Source: Candidatus Woesearchaeota archaeon
GTDB lineage: Archaea; Nanobdellota; Nanobdellia; SCGC-AAA011-G17; CAYFGV01
Assembly: GCA_964452525.1 (NCBI GenBank)
Contig: CAYVLZ010000003.1
Span: 54,736 to 118,735, forward strand
Direction of reading: 5' to 3'
Length of the DNA stretch: 64,000 bases
Position 1 is the first letter of the stretch, and each line of letters begins with the position of its first letter. Positions 48,793 to 58,928 of the stretch are shown one piece after another. Made by a program: the position numbers and the translations under genes. The notes below the pieces were generated by a model. It was not told the origin of the DNA, made no database searches, and was given only the letters and a program-made list of their open reading frames with translations.

Positions 48793-49589
48793 TAGAGAAA
48801 AAAATACTTTCAAAGAAGATGAAGGAATTTGAAATAGAAGAGTACATCTCTAGAATAATAGATAAACCTGGATATAGTCATACCGAAATCCAAAGAACCC
48901 CCCTGGGAGAGAAAATAATTATGCATACCTCCAAACCCGGATTGATAGTTGGAAGGGGCGGAGAGAATATAAGAATGCTTACTGAAGTTTTAAAGAAAAA
49001 GTTTAACATGGAAAACCCTCAAATAGAGGTTGCAGAGATAGAAAATCCAAACCCTAACCCACAAACTGTTGCTAGATACATAATACATACATTTGAAAGA
49101 TTTGGTCCGAAAAGATTCAAGTTTGTAGGCCACAAAGTGCTACAAAGCATTATCGATGCGGGCGCCATTGGAGCAGAGATAGTAATATCCGGAAGGGGAC
49201 TTCCTGGCAGGAGGGCAAAAACTTGGAGATTCTTTGAAGGTCATCTAAAGAAGTCTGGAGATATATCTGAGAATTACATTAAAAGAGGTTTCTCCGTTGC
49301 ACGATTAAAATCGGGATCTGTAGGAGTGAAAGTAAGCATATTGACCCCCGACATTATTTTACCAGACAAAATAGTTTTCAGAAAAGAAGATCTTGAAAAA
49401 GAAAAAAAGAAAATAGAAAAGGAAGAAACGAAAGAACCAGAGAAAGAAGAAACAAAAAAGAAGGATACAGATACTAAAGAAACTAAGAGAGAAGAGAAAA
49501 AATCGTCAAAAAAGAAAGCAACTAAGAAGAAAGAAACAAAGAAAAAAAATGGCAATACTAAGAAAAAACGAAATAAAACAACTAAATAA
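48789..49589 (+). CDS. rps3: ribosomal protein uS3 with long K/E/T-rich C-terminal tail
   Basis: KH domain IVGRGGENIRML, conserved core, then about 70 aa of KEETKEPEKEETKKK low complexity. Confidence 0.85.
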   Translation: MIEKKILSKKMKEFEIEEYISRIIDKPGYSHTEIQRTPLGEKIIMHTSKPGLIVGRGGENIRMLTEVLKKKFNMENPQIEVAEIENPNPNPQTVARYIIHTFERFGPKRFKFVGHKVLQSIIDAGAIGAEIVISGRGLPGRRAKTWRFFEGHLKKSGDISENYIKRGFSVARLKSGSVGVKVSILTPDIILPDKIVFRKEDLEKEKKKIEKEETKEPEKEETKKKDTDTKETKREEKKSSKKKATKKKETKKKNGNTKKKRNKTTK

Positions 49590-49773
49590 AGAATCTTTAG
49601 ATCAAAAGTTATCTGATTTGAAGAGAGAATTAGTCAAAGTAAGATCTCAAATTGCTCTCGGAACTTTACCTGAAAATCCTGGAAGAACAAAAGAAATTAG
49701 AAGAACTATTGCTAGGATAATAACACTCAAGAAATCAATTAAAACTGAAGGAGGTAAGAAGACTAAATCATGA
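49549..49773 (+). CDS. rpl29: ribosomal protein uL29
   Basis: Small helical protein ILRKNEIKQLNKESLDQKLSDLKRELVKVRSQ. Confidence 0.8.
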   Translation: MAILRKNEIKQLNKESLDQKLSDLKRELVKVRSQIALGTLPENPGRTKEIRRTIARIITLKKSIKTEGGKKTKS

Positions 49774-50078
49774 CCGAAATTTGTCCTAAGTGTGGATTAA
49801 CAAAACAATTATGTGTTTGTGAGACAATTGCCAAAGAAGAACAGAGGGTAACAATAAAGACCTTTAAAAGAAGATTTGGCAAGTTAGCTACCATCATCGA
49901 AGGAATAAATAGAAATGACATAGCATTGAAAGATCTGACAAAAAAGCTAAAATCAAAGCTTGCTTGCGGTGGTACTGTTAAAGGAAATACAATTGAACTT
50001 CAAGGAGATCATGTAGCAAAGGTCAAGGAAGAACTAATAAAACTCGGTTTTAACCCAGAAACAATAAAGACGGAATAA
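49770..50078 (+). CDS. translation initiation factor aIF1 (SUI1)
   Basis: N-terminal zinc knuckle CPKCG...CVC and SUI1 fold (VTIKTFKRRFGKLATIIEG...ACGGTVKGNTIELQGDH). Confidence 0.85.
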   Translation: MTEICPKCGLTKQLCVCETIAKEEQRVTIKTFKRRFGKLATIIEGINRNDIALKDLTKKLKSKLACGGTVKGNTIELQGDHVAKVKEELIKLGFNPETIKTE

Positions 50079-50086
50079 GGATATAC

Positions 50087-50332
50087 ATGGGAAAATCAGA
50101 GATCATAAAACACGAATTGATAGGCAATAAAATAGAAATTATAGATTCCAAAAACAAGTGCTTAATTGGTATTAAAGGGTCCGTAATTGACGAGACGAAA
50201 TATACCCTAGTCATAAAACAAAAAGAAAAGATAAAAAGAATAATCAAGAAAGGAACGATAATTAAGATTAATGATATGATGATAGAAGGGGAAAAATTAG
50301 TAAGCAGACCTGAAGAAAGAATAAAAAAATGA
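50087..50332 (+). CDS. RNase P protein component 1 (Rpp29/Pop4)
   Basis: LIGNKIEIIDSKNKCLIGIKGSVIDETKYTLVI; conserved position between L29 and S17. Confidence 0.8.
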   Translation: MGKSEIIKHELIGNKIEIIDSKNKCLIGIKGSVIDETKYTLVIKQKEKIKRIIKKGTIIKINDMMIEGEKLVSRPEERIKK

Positions 50333-50661
50333 AAAAAAATAAAGATATCGGAATTGGAATTAAATCTCCTAGGAAATCTTGCAATGATAAGAAATGTCCG
50401 TTTCATGGAATTTCCAAATTAAGAGGATCTTCGTTTGACGGGGAAGTAATATCAAAGGATACTCACAGAACAACCGTGGTGGAATGGAATAAGATCGTTA
50501 AAGTTAAAAAATACGAAAGATTCGAGAATAGGAGAACTAAGGTAAAAGCTCATAATCCTACCTGTGTTAATGCTCAACTAGGAGATAAAGTTAAGATAGT
50601 TGAATGTAGGCCTTTAAGCAAAACAAAAAAATTCATAATTGTTAAGAAATTTGAAGAATGA
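50329..50661 (+). CDS. rps17: ribosomal protein uS17
   Basis: OB fold (GEVISKDTHRTTVVEW...KVKIVECRPLSKTKKF). Confidence 0.85.
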   Translation: MKKNKDIGIGIKSPRKSCNDKKCPFHGISKLRGSSFDGEVISKDTHRTTVVEWNKIVKVKKYERFENRRTKVKAHNPTCVNAQLGDKVKIVECRPLSKTKKFIIVKKFEE

Positions 50662-51059
50662 AACCATTAAAATCTAGAGTTCCAAAAAGCGTACCTCGTG
50701 GTGCTAAAATAGAAGTTTGCGATAATTCGGGGGCTAAAATAGTCAGATTAATCTCTATAAAAGGTTCTAAAACTGTTAAAGGAAGATATCCTGCAGCAGG
50801 GATAGGAGATCTTTTAAGAGTTTCAGTACTTAAAGGAAACCAGGAGATGAGAAAACAAGTTGTACCTGCTGTCTTAGTAAGACAGAAGAAGGAATTTCGG
50901 AGAGCAGATGGAACTAGGGTAAAGTTTGAAGACAATGCGGTAGTTATTTGTAAAGACGATAAAGGAAATCCGAAGGGTACTAGATTTAAGGGTCCAATAG
51001 CAAGAGAAGTAACAGTAAGATGGCCTGCCATTTCAAAGGTTGCAAGCTCAATTGTTTAA
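50658..51059 (+). CDS. rpl14: ribosomal protein uL14
   Basis: AKIEVCDNSGAKIVRLISIKG...GDLLRVSV. Confidence 0.9.
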   Translation: MKPLKSRVPKSVPRGAKIEVCDNSGAKIVRLISIKGSKTVKGRYPAAGIGDLLRVSVLKGNQEMRKQVVPAVLVRQKKEFRRADGTRVKFEDNAVVICKDDKGNPKGTRFKGPIAREVTVRWPAISKVASSIV

Positions 51060-51060
51060 A

Positions 51061-51441
51061 ATGAAAAAGAAATTTTCAAGATACTGGAAATCAAGTAAAC
51101 AACCTAGAAAGAAAAGAAAATACATTAGTAATGCTAAAGGGCACATAAAAAAGAGATTCATTTCATCCAACTTATCAAAAGAAGACAGGAAAAAATATGG
51201 AAAAAGAAGCTTAACCCTTAAAAAAGGAGACAAGGTTAAGATAATGAGAGGGCAATTTAAAGGAAAAATTGGAAAAATAGAGAGAGTAGATGTTAAGAAA
51301 CAAAAAGTTTATGTGCAAGGAATAGAAAATGTTAAAAAAGATGGAACAAAAACAACCCCTCCAATACACTCATCAAATTTAATGATATCTGAATTAAACC
51401 TTGATGATAAAATAAGAAAGAAGATAATAGAAAGAAAATGA
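51061..51441 (+). CDS. rpl24: ribosomal protein uL24 (KOW)
   Basis: KKGDKVKIMRGQFKGKIGKIERVD KOW motif; start taken at first ATG after the L14 stop. Confidence 0.8.
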   Translation: MKKKFSRYWKSSKQPRKKRKYISNAKGHIKKRFISSNLSKEDRKKYGKRSLTLKKGDKVKIMRGQFKGKIGKIERVDVKKQKVYVQGIENVKKDGTKTTPPIHSSNLMISELNLDDKIRKKIIERK

Positions 51442-52139
51442 AAAGACACTTATCGAGATTAGCGTCTCCAAAGATTTGGCCAATTGAAAGGAAAGAAATA
51501 AAATGGATAGCCAAACCTCGACCAGGACCACACTCCATGAACAACTCAATAACACTCAACATATTGTTACAAAATGTTTTGAACATAGCTAAAAATACGA
51601 AAGAATCTAGAAGAATATTAAATAAGGGAAATGTAAAAGTCGATGGTATAATAAGAAAAGACCATAAGTTTCCAACAGGCATGATGGATGTAGTATCTAT
51701 AAAAGATGACAATTATCGTATCTTGCTGGATAAGAAAGGCAGATTTATTTTACATAAAATAAGCAAAGAAGAATCTAATTTAAAACCTAAAAAAATCGTA
51801 AAAAAGACCACCCTCAAAAAGAAGAAAATACAAATAACATTTTTTGACGGAACAAACAAAATTATAGATAAAGATAATTATAAGGTAGCAGACACTTTGA
51901 TACTTGATCTATCTAAAAAAAGTGTAAAAGATCATTTAAAATTAGAAGAAGGAAATCTGGCGTATTTGTTATCAGGAAAACATGCAGGAGAGCTTGGAAT
52001 TATTAAGAGGGTAGAAACCAATAAAGATCTAAAACCAAACAAGATATTCTTATCTAAAAATAAAGAAAGTTTTGAAACTCTGAAAGATTACGCTTTTGTT
52101 ATAGGGAAAACAAAACCAGTCATATCATTACCACAATGA
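51438..52139 (+). CDS. rps4e: ribosomal protein eS4
   Basis: MKRHLSRLASPKIWPIERKE N-terminus and KOW-containing body. Confidence 0.85.
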   Translation: MKRHLSRLASPKIWPIERKEIKWIAKPRPGPHSMNNSITLNILLQNVLNIAKNTKESRRILNKGNVKVDGIIRKDHKFPTGMMDVVSIKDDNYRILLDKKGRFILHKISKEESNLKPKKIVKKTTLKKKKIQITFFDGTNKIIDKDNYKVADTLILDLSKKSVKDHLKLEEGNLAYLLSGKHAGELGIIKRVETNKDLKPNKIFLSKNKESFETLKDYAFVIGKTKPVISLPQ

Positions 52140-52651
52140 ATACTATGAGACAGATTAGGATAGAGAAAGTAACGCTTAACATAGGGGTAGGAACGTCTGG
52201 AGATAATCTGGAAAAAGCAACTAAGTTATTAGAGAATATTAGTAAAAGAAAACCAGTTCAGACAAAAACTATGAAAAGAATTCCTTCATGGGGGTTACGT
52301 CCAAAACTGCCTATAGGTTGTAAGGTAACCTTAAGAGGAAAAGAATCAGAAGAATTACTAAATAGATTATTTGATGCAGTAGAAAGAACCCTAAAGCCTT
52401 CAAACTTTGACCAAAATGGAAACTTTTCTTTTGGAATCAAAGAGTACATAGATATACCTTCCGTAGACTATGATCCGGAAATAGGAATAATCGGACTAGA
52501 AGTATCAATAACCTTAGAGAGGCAAGGATTTAGAGTAAAAAGAAGAAGGTTGAGAAAGACAAAGATACCTAACAGACATCTTATAAAAAAACAGGAGGCT
52601 ATTGATTTCATATCCCAAAAATTTGGAATAAAAATACAAAATGACATCTAA
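52136..52651 (+). CDS. rpl5: ribosomal protein uL5
   Basis: [13 protein letters not shown]... conserved uL5 core. Confidence 0.85.
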   Translation: MNTMRQIRIEKVTLNIGVGTSGDNLEKATKLLENISKRKPVQTKTMKRIPSWGLRPKLPIGCKVTLRGKESEELLNRLFDAVERTLKPSNFDQNGNFSFGIKEYIDIPSVDYDPEIGIIGLEVSITLERQGFRVKRRRLRKTKIPNRHLIKKQEAIDFISQKFGIKIQNDI

Positions 52652-52871
52652 AGATCATAAGAAGGCTTTCAAACAATTAAGAAATAAACCGATAAAACTT
52701 AGAAAATTTATAAAACACAATAAACCTAAAGAGAGAAAATTCGGAAGAGGATCAAGAAAGTGCAAAAGATGTGGAAGGTTCGGAGCACACATACAAAAAT
52801 ATGGAATAAATTTATGCAGACAATGTTTCAGGGAGGTAGCTAAAGATATAGGCTTTAAAAAATATAGTTAA
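52641..52871 (+). CDS. rps14: ribosomal protein uS14 (zinc-binding type)
   Basis: [25 protein letters not shown]. Confidence 0.85.
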   Translation: MTSKDHKKAFKQLRNKPIKLRKFIKHNKPKERKFGRGSRKCKRCGRFGAHIQKYGINLCRQCFREVAKDIGFKKYS

Positions 52872-52872
52872 A

Positions 52873-53265
52873 ATGTCATTAAACGATCCATTGGGAAATG
52901 CTTTATCTCACATTCTAAATTGTGAGAGGGTTGGTAAACAAGAATGTATAATAAAAAACACCTCGAGGATGATGGACAATGTTCTAAATATCCTAAAACA
53001 ACACAAGTATATAGGTGAGTATGAGAAGATAAAGACTGACAAGGGAGAAATGATAAAACTTAATTTAACAGGAACTCTAAACAAATGTGGGGTAATAAAA
53101 CCACGTTTCCCAGTTAAAAAAACAAATTTCGAAAAATACGAAAAGAGATACCTTCCCGCAAAAAGTTTTGGTATCTTGATAGTATCAACTTCAAAAGGGA
53201 TTATGGAGCATGATAAGGCCATAAAGGAGAATCTTGGAGGAAAACTAATAGCTTATTGCTACTAA
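52873..53265 (+). CDS. rps8: ribosomal protein uS8
   Basis: DPLGNALSHILNCERVGKQEC...GGKLIAYCY. Confidence 0.85.
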   Translation: MSLNDPLGNALSHILNCERVGKQECIIKNTSRMMDNVLNILKQHKYIGEYEKIKTDKGEMIKLNLTGTLNKCGVIKPRFPVKKTNFEKYEKRYLPAKSFGILIVSTSKGIMEHDKAIKENLGGKLIAYCY

Positions 53266-53813
53266 AAATGTCGGATAAAATTAAAGAAGGGATAATAATT
53301 CAGGAAGGAATCGACATAGAAATAGAAGGACCTACAATAAATGTAAGAGGCAAAAAAGGAGAATTAACAAAGAGATTGATACATCCAAAGATAAAGATAC
53401 AAAAACAAGGAAAAAACATAATGATATCTTCCGATAAACCAACCAAAAGAGAAAAGACAATGATAGGAACATTCAAATCGCATATCAACAACATGGTTGT
53501 GGGGGTTACAGATGGTTATGTTTACACTTTAAAGATTTGTTCAGGTCATTTTCCTATGACTGTAAATTTGGAGGGAAATGTAGTAACAATTAAAAATTTT
53601 CTAGGGGAAAAAGTTCCTCGGAAAGCGAAAATACCCGAAGATGTTAATGTAAAGATACAAGGCGATCAGATATCTGTAGAAAGTTTAGATAAAGAGAAAG
53701 CAGGGCTTGCTGCAGCCAGAATAGAACAAGCAACAAAAGTAAAGGGAAGGGATAGGAGAGTCTTCCAAGACGGAATATACATAATCTCCAAAGCGGGAAA
53801 ATCAATAAAATAA
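53256..53813 (+). CDS. rpl6: ribosomal protein uL6
   Basis: Two-domain uL6 pattern (IEIEGPTINVRGKKGELTKR...). Confidence 0.8.
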   Translation: MLLKMSDKIKEGIIIQEGIDIEIEGPTINVRGKKGELTKRLIHPKIKIQKQGKNIMISSDKPTKREKTMIGTFKSHINNMVVGVTDGYVYTLKICSGHFPMTVNLEGNVVTIKNFLGEKVPRKAKIPEDVNVKIQGDQISVESLDKEKAGLAAARIEQATKVKGRDRRVFQDGIYIISKAGKSIK

Positions 53814-53814
53814 G

Positions 53815-54429
53815 ATGAGAGACAATACTTCAAAAATTAAGTTCAAGAGAACAGATTCAAATAAAAAGAAATTCAAAAACAAATGGAGAAAAGCTAGAGG
53901 CCTACATAATAAAATAAGAAGAAAGGTAAAAGGTCATAGAAAACAACCTAGCATAGGTTATGGATCACCAGTCTCCATGAAAAATCTTGATCCTTCTGGG
54001 TTTCTTCCAGTACAGGTCAGCAATTTAGCAGATTTGGATAAGATTAAGAACGAGGGAAAGTTAGCAGCTCTAATTTCAAAAAAGGTAGGCCAGAGAAAAA
54101 AAATAAAGATCCTTGAAGAATGTAAGAGAATGAATATTAAAGTATTGAATATAAAGGATATAGACAAATTCATTAATCAGGTAAAAGAAAACATGGATAG
54201 TAGAAAGAAGAAGCAAAAGAGAATAGAAGATAAAAAGAAAAAATCAAAAGAAGAAGCCTTGAAGAAATCAGAAAAAAAGAAGGATAAGAAGAAAACGGAA
54301 GAAGAAATCAAAAAAGAAGTACTTGGTGCTGAAAGAAAACAACAAAAAAGAATCCTATCCGAGAAGGTAGATAAATCATCTAATATCGATAAGGTTAGAC
54401 AAAAAATAGTTCCAGGGGAGAGACCATGA
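53815..54429 (+). CDS. rpl32e: ribosomal protein eL32 with K/E-rich C-terminal extension
   Basis: WRKARGLHNKIRRKVKGHRKQPSIGYGSP core; about 90 aa lysine-rich tail. Confidence 0.8.
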   Translation: MRDNTSKIKFKRTDSNKKKFKNKWRKARGLHNKIRRKVKGHRKQPSIGYGSPVSMKNLDPSGFLPVQVSNLADLDKIKNEGKLAALISKKVGQRKKIKILEECKRMNIKVLNIKDIDKFINQVKENMDSRKKKQKRIEDKKKKSKEEALKKSEKKKDKKKTEEEIKKEVLGAERKQQKRILSEKVDKSSNIDKVRQKIVPGERP

Positions 54430-54887
54430 AACTTAGAAATCAAAAAAGAACTGCATCAAAAATAATCAAATCTAGTCCAAAAAGGATAAGTTTTGATAAA
54501 GATCGTTTGGATGAGATAAAAGAGTCAATAACTAGAGTGGAAATTAAAAGACTAATAAAAGAAAAAGCTATTACTTCCAAACCGAAAAAGGGGATATCTC
54601 GAGTAAGAGCTAGAAAAAGATTATTACAAAAAAGAAAAGGAAGAAGGAAAGGAGAAGGTAAAAAGAAAGGAAGATCAACAGCACGATTATCTAGAAAAGA
54701 GATGTGGATAAATAAGATAAGAGTACAAAGAAGATTTTTAGAATCTTTAAAATCTAAGAATCTTATAGATACCCGAACTTATAGAGATCTATACAGAAAA
54801 TCTAAAGGGAATCTATTCAGAAGTAGAAGACATATTCAATTATATCTAGAAGAGAACAAGCTTATTAAGAAAGATGGCAAGAGATAG
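54426..54887 (+). CDS. rpl19e: ribosomal protein eL19
   Basis: Basic helical protein; conserved position. Confidence 0.8.
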   Translation: MKLRNQKRTASKIIKSSPKRISFDKDRLDEIKESITRVEIKRLIKEKAITSKPKKGISRVRARKRLLQKRKGRRKGEGKKKGRSTARLSRKEMWINKIRVQRRFLESLKSKNLIDTRTYRDLYRKSKGNLFRSRRHIQLYLEENKLIKKDGKR

Positions 54888-55449
54888 AAAATATACGGTC
54901 AAGGTTAGAAGAAGAAGAACGGGTAAAACAAATTACAATAAAAGAATATCATATATTAAATCATATAAACCAAGATTAGTTGTTAGAAGATCTAATAATA
55001 ATATACAATGTCAAATAATAGAAGCTAAGGAAAAAGGAGATAAGGTATTATACTCAAGCAGTTCACACCAGCTAAAGAAAATCGGATGGAATGCTCATAC
55101 AGGGAATATACCCTCCGCATATCTAACCGGATTACTTTTGGGAAAAAAATCTAAAGCAAAAATAAAAGAAGCAATTATAGATTTTGGATTGCAACCTTCT
55201 ATCAAAGGTTCTAGATTATACGCTTTAATAAAAGGAGCTATAGATGGAGGATTAAATATAAATTGTTCAGATAAACTTTTCCCAAGAGACGACATCATAA
55301 AAGGTAGAAACATATCAGAATATCTCAAATCTTTTACGGAAGATAAAAAAACAAATCAGTTTTTAAATTATAAGAAGGCTAATTTAGACCCAGAAAAATT
55401 TGTTAAACATTTTGAAGATATAAAAAAGAAAATAGACAATCTAAAATGA
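54874..55449 (+). CDS. rpl18: ribosomal protein uL18
   Basis: RLVVRRSNNNIQCQIIEAKEKGDKVL. Confidence 0.85.
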   Translation: MARDRKYTVKVRRRRTGKTNYNKRISYIKSYKPRLVVRRSNNNIQCQIIEAKEKGDKVLYSSSSHQLKKIGWNAHTGNIPSAYLTGLLLGKKSKAKIKEAIIDFGLQPSIKGSRLYALIKGAIDGGLNINCSDKLFPRDDIIKGRNISEYLKSFTEDKKTNQFLNYKKANLDPEKFVKHFEDIKKKIDNLK

Positions 55450-56159
55450 AAGATGAACAAAAAAACGTTGAAATGACTAAAAAAGAAGTCAAAGAAGTAA
55501 AAGAAGAAGCTAAAGAAGAATTTCAAGATTGGATTCCTAAAACCAATCTCGGAAAACTAGCTAAGGAGAGAAAGATAAACATAGATGAAATAATAGATAA
55601 AGGAATTAAGATTCTAGAACCGGAAATTGTCGAAATTCTTCTACCCAATTTAGAACAGGATCTTCTATCGATAGGCCAATCTAAAGGCAAGTTTGGCGGA
55701 GGAAAGAGAAGCATATGGAAGCAAACACAGAAGAAAACAAAAGAAGGAAATAAACCTAAATTTGCAACTCTTGCCATAGTAGGAAATTATAAAGGTTACA
55801 TTGGAGTAGGGCATGGAAAATCTAAAGAAACAGTACCTGCTAGAACACAAGCAGTTAGAAAAGCAAAACTAAATGTAATAAAAATTAGGTTGGGTTGTGG
55901 TTCATGGGCCTGCGGATGTAAGGAAAATCACACAATCCCTTTAAAAGTTACAGGTAAATGCGGAAGTGTTAGAATAGATTTGATTCCAGCCCCAAAAGGA
56001 ACAGGCCTTTGTGTTGAAAAAGAATTAAAGAAAATATTAAACTTAGCAGGAATAAAAGATGTCTACTCTAAGACTTATGGGAAAACAAAAACAAAATTAA
56101 ATCTTATATACGCTTGTTTCGACGCTTTAAAGAACTTGGGAAGAACTAGAATGAAATAA
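55446..56159 (+). CDS. rps5: ribosomal protein uS5 (K/E-rich N-terminal extension; Cys-containing insertion)
   Basis: dsRBD-like and S5 C-terminal domain (VTGKCGSVRIDLIPAPKGTG). Confidence 0.85.
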   Translation: MKDEQKNVEMTKKEVKEVKEEAKEEFQDWIPKTNLGKLAKERKINIDEIIDKGIKILEPEIVEILLPNLEQDLLSIGQSKGKFGGGKRSIWKQTQKKTKEGNKPKFATLAIVGNYKGYIGVGHGKSKETVPARTQAVRKAKLNVIKIRLGCGSWACGCKENHTIPLKVTGKCGSVRIDLIPAPKGTGLCVEKELKKILNLAGIKDVYSKTYGKTKTKLNLIYACFDALKNLGRTRMK

Positions 56160-56161
56160 AA

Positions 56162-56632
56162 ATGGTAAAGATTGCCGTAATAAAGATACGTTCAGAAAAA
56201 GGAGCTAAAGAATTAGTGAAAACTACATTAAAACAACTGAGGTTGTTTAGGAAAAATAGTTGTGTGATAATTCCAAATAAACCTGCTTATTTGGGAATGA
56301 TTAAAAAAGTAAAAGATTATGTCACCTGGGGGGAGATAGATCCAGAAACCTGCAAATTGTTATTAGAAAAGAGAGGGAAATTACCTGCAAAAAAACAACT
56401 TACAGAGTCCTATATGAAAGACAAGACCAAACTTGATATTAACCAGTTTGTGAAAGAGTTTTTCGATGGGAAGAAAGATCTTAAAGATATCCCCGGATTG
56501 AAACTATTTTTTAGATTGACTCCGCCAGTCAAGGGTTTAGAGAGAAAAGGGATAAAAATACCTTTCTCACAGGGGGGAGCTTTGGGATATAGGAAAGAAA
56601 GAATAAACGATTTAATTAAAAGAATGATCTAA
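56162..56632 (+). CDS. rpl30: ribosomal protein uL30
   Basis: MVKIAVIKIRSEKGAKELVKTTLKQLRL. Confidence 0.8.
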   Translation: MVKIAVIKIRSEKGAKELVKTTLKQLRLFRKNSCVIIPNKPAYLGMIKKVKDYVTWGEIDPETCKLLLEKRGKLPAKKQLTESYMKDKTKLDINQFVKEFFDGKKDLKDIPGLKLFFRLTPPVKGLERKGIKIPFSQGGALGYRKERINDLIKRMI

Positions 56633-56633
56633 G

Positions 56634-57065
56634 ATGAAAAAAAGAAAAAAATCAACGAAGATGCGTGGAAGAAGCAGCCATGGATATGGATCAAAGAAAA
56701 AACACCGTGGAGCAGGAAGTCGTGGAGGCAGGGGCATGGCTGGTTCTGGAAAAAGAGCAGACACGAGAAAACCAACAATACTAAAGTTATACGGAAACGC
56801 TTACTTTGGAAAATCAGGATTTAAAAGACCCCAAAAGGTAAAAAAAATCAAGAAGACAATCAATGTTTCACAATTAGAAAGATTAACTCAAAACTCTAAA
56901 CAAGAATCTGGATTTTTGATAATAGATGCCAACAAACTTGGATATACCAAAATTCTTGGTGGAGGAGAATTAGCAAAAAAGATTAAAGTGACCTGTAAAG
57001 AATTCTCAAAGAGTGCAGAAAAAAAGATTAAAGAAGCTGGCGGAGAGATAGTAAGATGTCAATGA
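56634..57065 (+). CDS. rpl15: ribosomal protein uL15
   Basis: Gly/Arg-rich N-terminus RGRSSHGYGSKKKHRGAGSRGGRG. Confidence 0.85.
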   Translation: MKKRKKSTKMRGRSSHGYGSKKKHRGAGSRGGRGMAGSGKRADTRKPTILKLYGNAYFGKSGFKRPQKVKKIKKTINVSQLERLTQNSKQESGFLIIDANKLGYTKILGGGELAKKIKVTCKEFSKSAEKKIKEAGGEIVRCQ

Positions 57066-58459
57066 TAAGAAACATACTTCTGAATCTCCCAGAAGTTAGA
57101 AGACCTGAACAGAAAAGACTCCCTTTTAAACAAAAACTTAAATGGACAGCAATAATACTATTCGCGTTCTTCATCCTTTCTGTAATTCCTTTGTTCGGTC
57201 TTGGACAGAATGCGCTTGCACAATTTGAACAATTATCAATAATACTGGGAGCGAGTTTCGGTTCTGTTTTATCTCTTGGAATTGGACCAATAGTAACAGC
57301 ATCCATTGTATTGCAATTACTGACTGGTTCAGGTATTCTAAAAATAGATCTAACTACCTCAGAGGGCAAGAAATATTTCCAAGGTCTTCAGAAAGTTTTA
57401 GCAATATTTTTCATCATTTTTGAGTCATTTATTTTTGTATTCATGGGAGGTTTAGCACCAGACGCAACACTCGCACCAAACACATATGCCGTCATGGAGT
57501 TCGTATTGATATTCCAACTCTTCCTAGGAGGTTTGATGATCCTTTATATGGACGAAGTAGTAGATAAATGGGGATTTGGATCTGGAGTTAGTTTATTTAT
57601 TGCAGCAGGAGTTTCATCTCAAATCATAGTTAGAGCATTCTCTCCTTTATCATCTACAGGTGTTATTGCTTTTGGATCGGGTCAACCCCCCGTGGGAGCA
57701 GTGTGGGTATTCTTAAATTCAATAATCAATCAAGACATTTCAGGAGCTTCAATAGCTTTCTTCGCTATAGCCTTTACAGTAATAGTATTCTTATTGTCTG
57801 TATACGCACAGGCGATGAAAGTAGAAATTCCCTTATCATTTGGAAGAATCAGAGGTTATGGTATGAGATGGCCTCTGCATTTCATATACACTAGTAACAT
57901 TCCAGTCATATTAGTAGCAGCTCTATTAGCAAACATACAGCTGTTGGCAAGATTATTAGAGAGATGGGGGAACCCTTTCCTAGGTACTTTTTCTGGTAAT
58001 GCCCCAGCCTCTGGTTTAGTAGCATGGGTAGTTCCTCCAAATATAGTTAGCAACATAATAACTGGCCAGTTTACTGCCCTTAATCTAGCTCATGGAGCCG
58101 TTTATGCTCTATTTATGATGGGTGGCGCAGTCTTGTTCTCCATATTCTGGGTTCAAACAGCAGGAATGGACGCAAAAAGCCAAGCCAAGCAAATAATGGC
58201 GTCAGGTTTACAGATACCGGGATTCAGAAGGGATATCAGAGTATTGGAAAGATTATTGAAGAGGTACATTGGCCCTTTGACCATACTGGGAGCAATTGCA
58301 GTTGGTTTATTAGCAGCAATGGCAGATTTAACAGGAGCATTAGCTAACGGAACAGGAATCCTGCTTGCAGTTATGATAATTTATAGATTATATGAAGAAA
58401 TAGCCCAACAGCATATGATGGACATGTATCCAGCATTAAGAAAAATGATGGGGGGATAA
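57056..58459 (+). CDS. secY: preprotein translocase subunit SecY
   Basis: Ten TM helices; conserved position after uL15. Confidence 0.9.
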   Translation: MSMIRNILLNLPEVRRPEQKRLPFKQKLKWTAIILFAFFILSVIPLFGLGQNALAQFEQLSIILGASFGSVLSLGIGPIVTASIVLQLLTGSGILKIDLTTSEGKKYFQGLQKVLAIFFIIFESFIFVFMGGLAPDATLAPNTYAVMEFVLIFQLFLGGLMILYMDEVVDKWGFGSGVSLFIAAGVSSQIIVRAFSPLSSTGVIAFGSGQPPVGAVWVFLNSIINQDISGASIAFFAIAFTVIVFLLSVYAQAMKVEIPLSFGRIRGYGMRWPLHFIYTSNIPVILVAALLANIQLLARLLERWGNPFLGTFSGNAPASGLVAWVVPPNIVSNIITGQFTALNLAHGAVYALFMMGGAVLFSIFWVQTAGMDAKSQAKQIMASGLQIPGFRRDIRVLERLLKRYIGPLTILGAIAVGLLAAMADLTGALANGTGILLAVMIIYRLYEEIAQQHMMDMYPALRKMMGG

Positions 58460-58489
58460 ACTTAAAAAGAATTAAATTTTAATCTTAAA

Positions 58490-58927
58490 ATGGTACTTGA
58501 CTCATTTTTTAATAAAATATTCGGGTTTTTGATAGGTGCAGATCCTTTATTAGGAATATTAACCATATCTTTTCTTTTAACTTTAATAATAACAATTTTG
58601 TATAAAGTCTTTACGGATCAAGAAGCTCTTAAGACTATAAAAGATGAACTAAAGGATATGAGAGAAGAAATGAAAAATTTCAAAGATGATCCTCAAAAAA
58701 TGATGGAACTAAACAAAAAATCAATGCAAAAATCATTAGAACAGATGAAGCATACAATTAAACCGATGCTAATAACCATGCTACCTTTATTAATCATATT
58801 TTCATGGTTGAGAAGTACTTATTCGGAGATTGGACCATTAATATTAGGTCTGTCTTGGTTATGGGTTTACATAATCTCATCCGTAATTTTTAGCATAATA
58901 TTGAGAAAGATATTAAAAGTAAACTAA
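58490..58927 (+). CDS. DUF106-type membrane protein (Oxa1/YidC/EMC3-superfamily insertase homologue)
   Basis: Three TM helices with a coiled-coil between TM1 and TM2; conserved synteny downstream of secY in archaea. Confidence 0.55.
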   Translation: MVLDSFFNKIFGFLIGADPLLGILTISFLLTLIITILYKVFTDQEALKTIKDELKDMREEMKNFKDDPQKMMELNKKSMQKSLEQMKHTIKPMLITMLPLLIIFSWLRSTYSEIGPLILGLSWLWVYIISSVIFSIILRKILKVN

Positions 58928-58928
58928 A

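Noticed and set aside
50642-51031. 129-aa minus-strand ORF within rpl14
   Set aside because: Antisense to uL14
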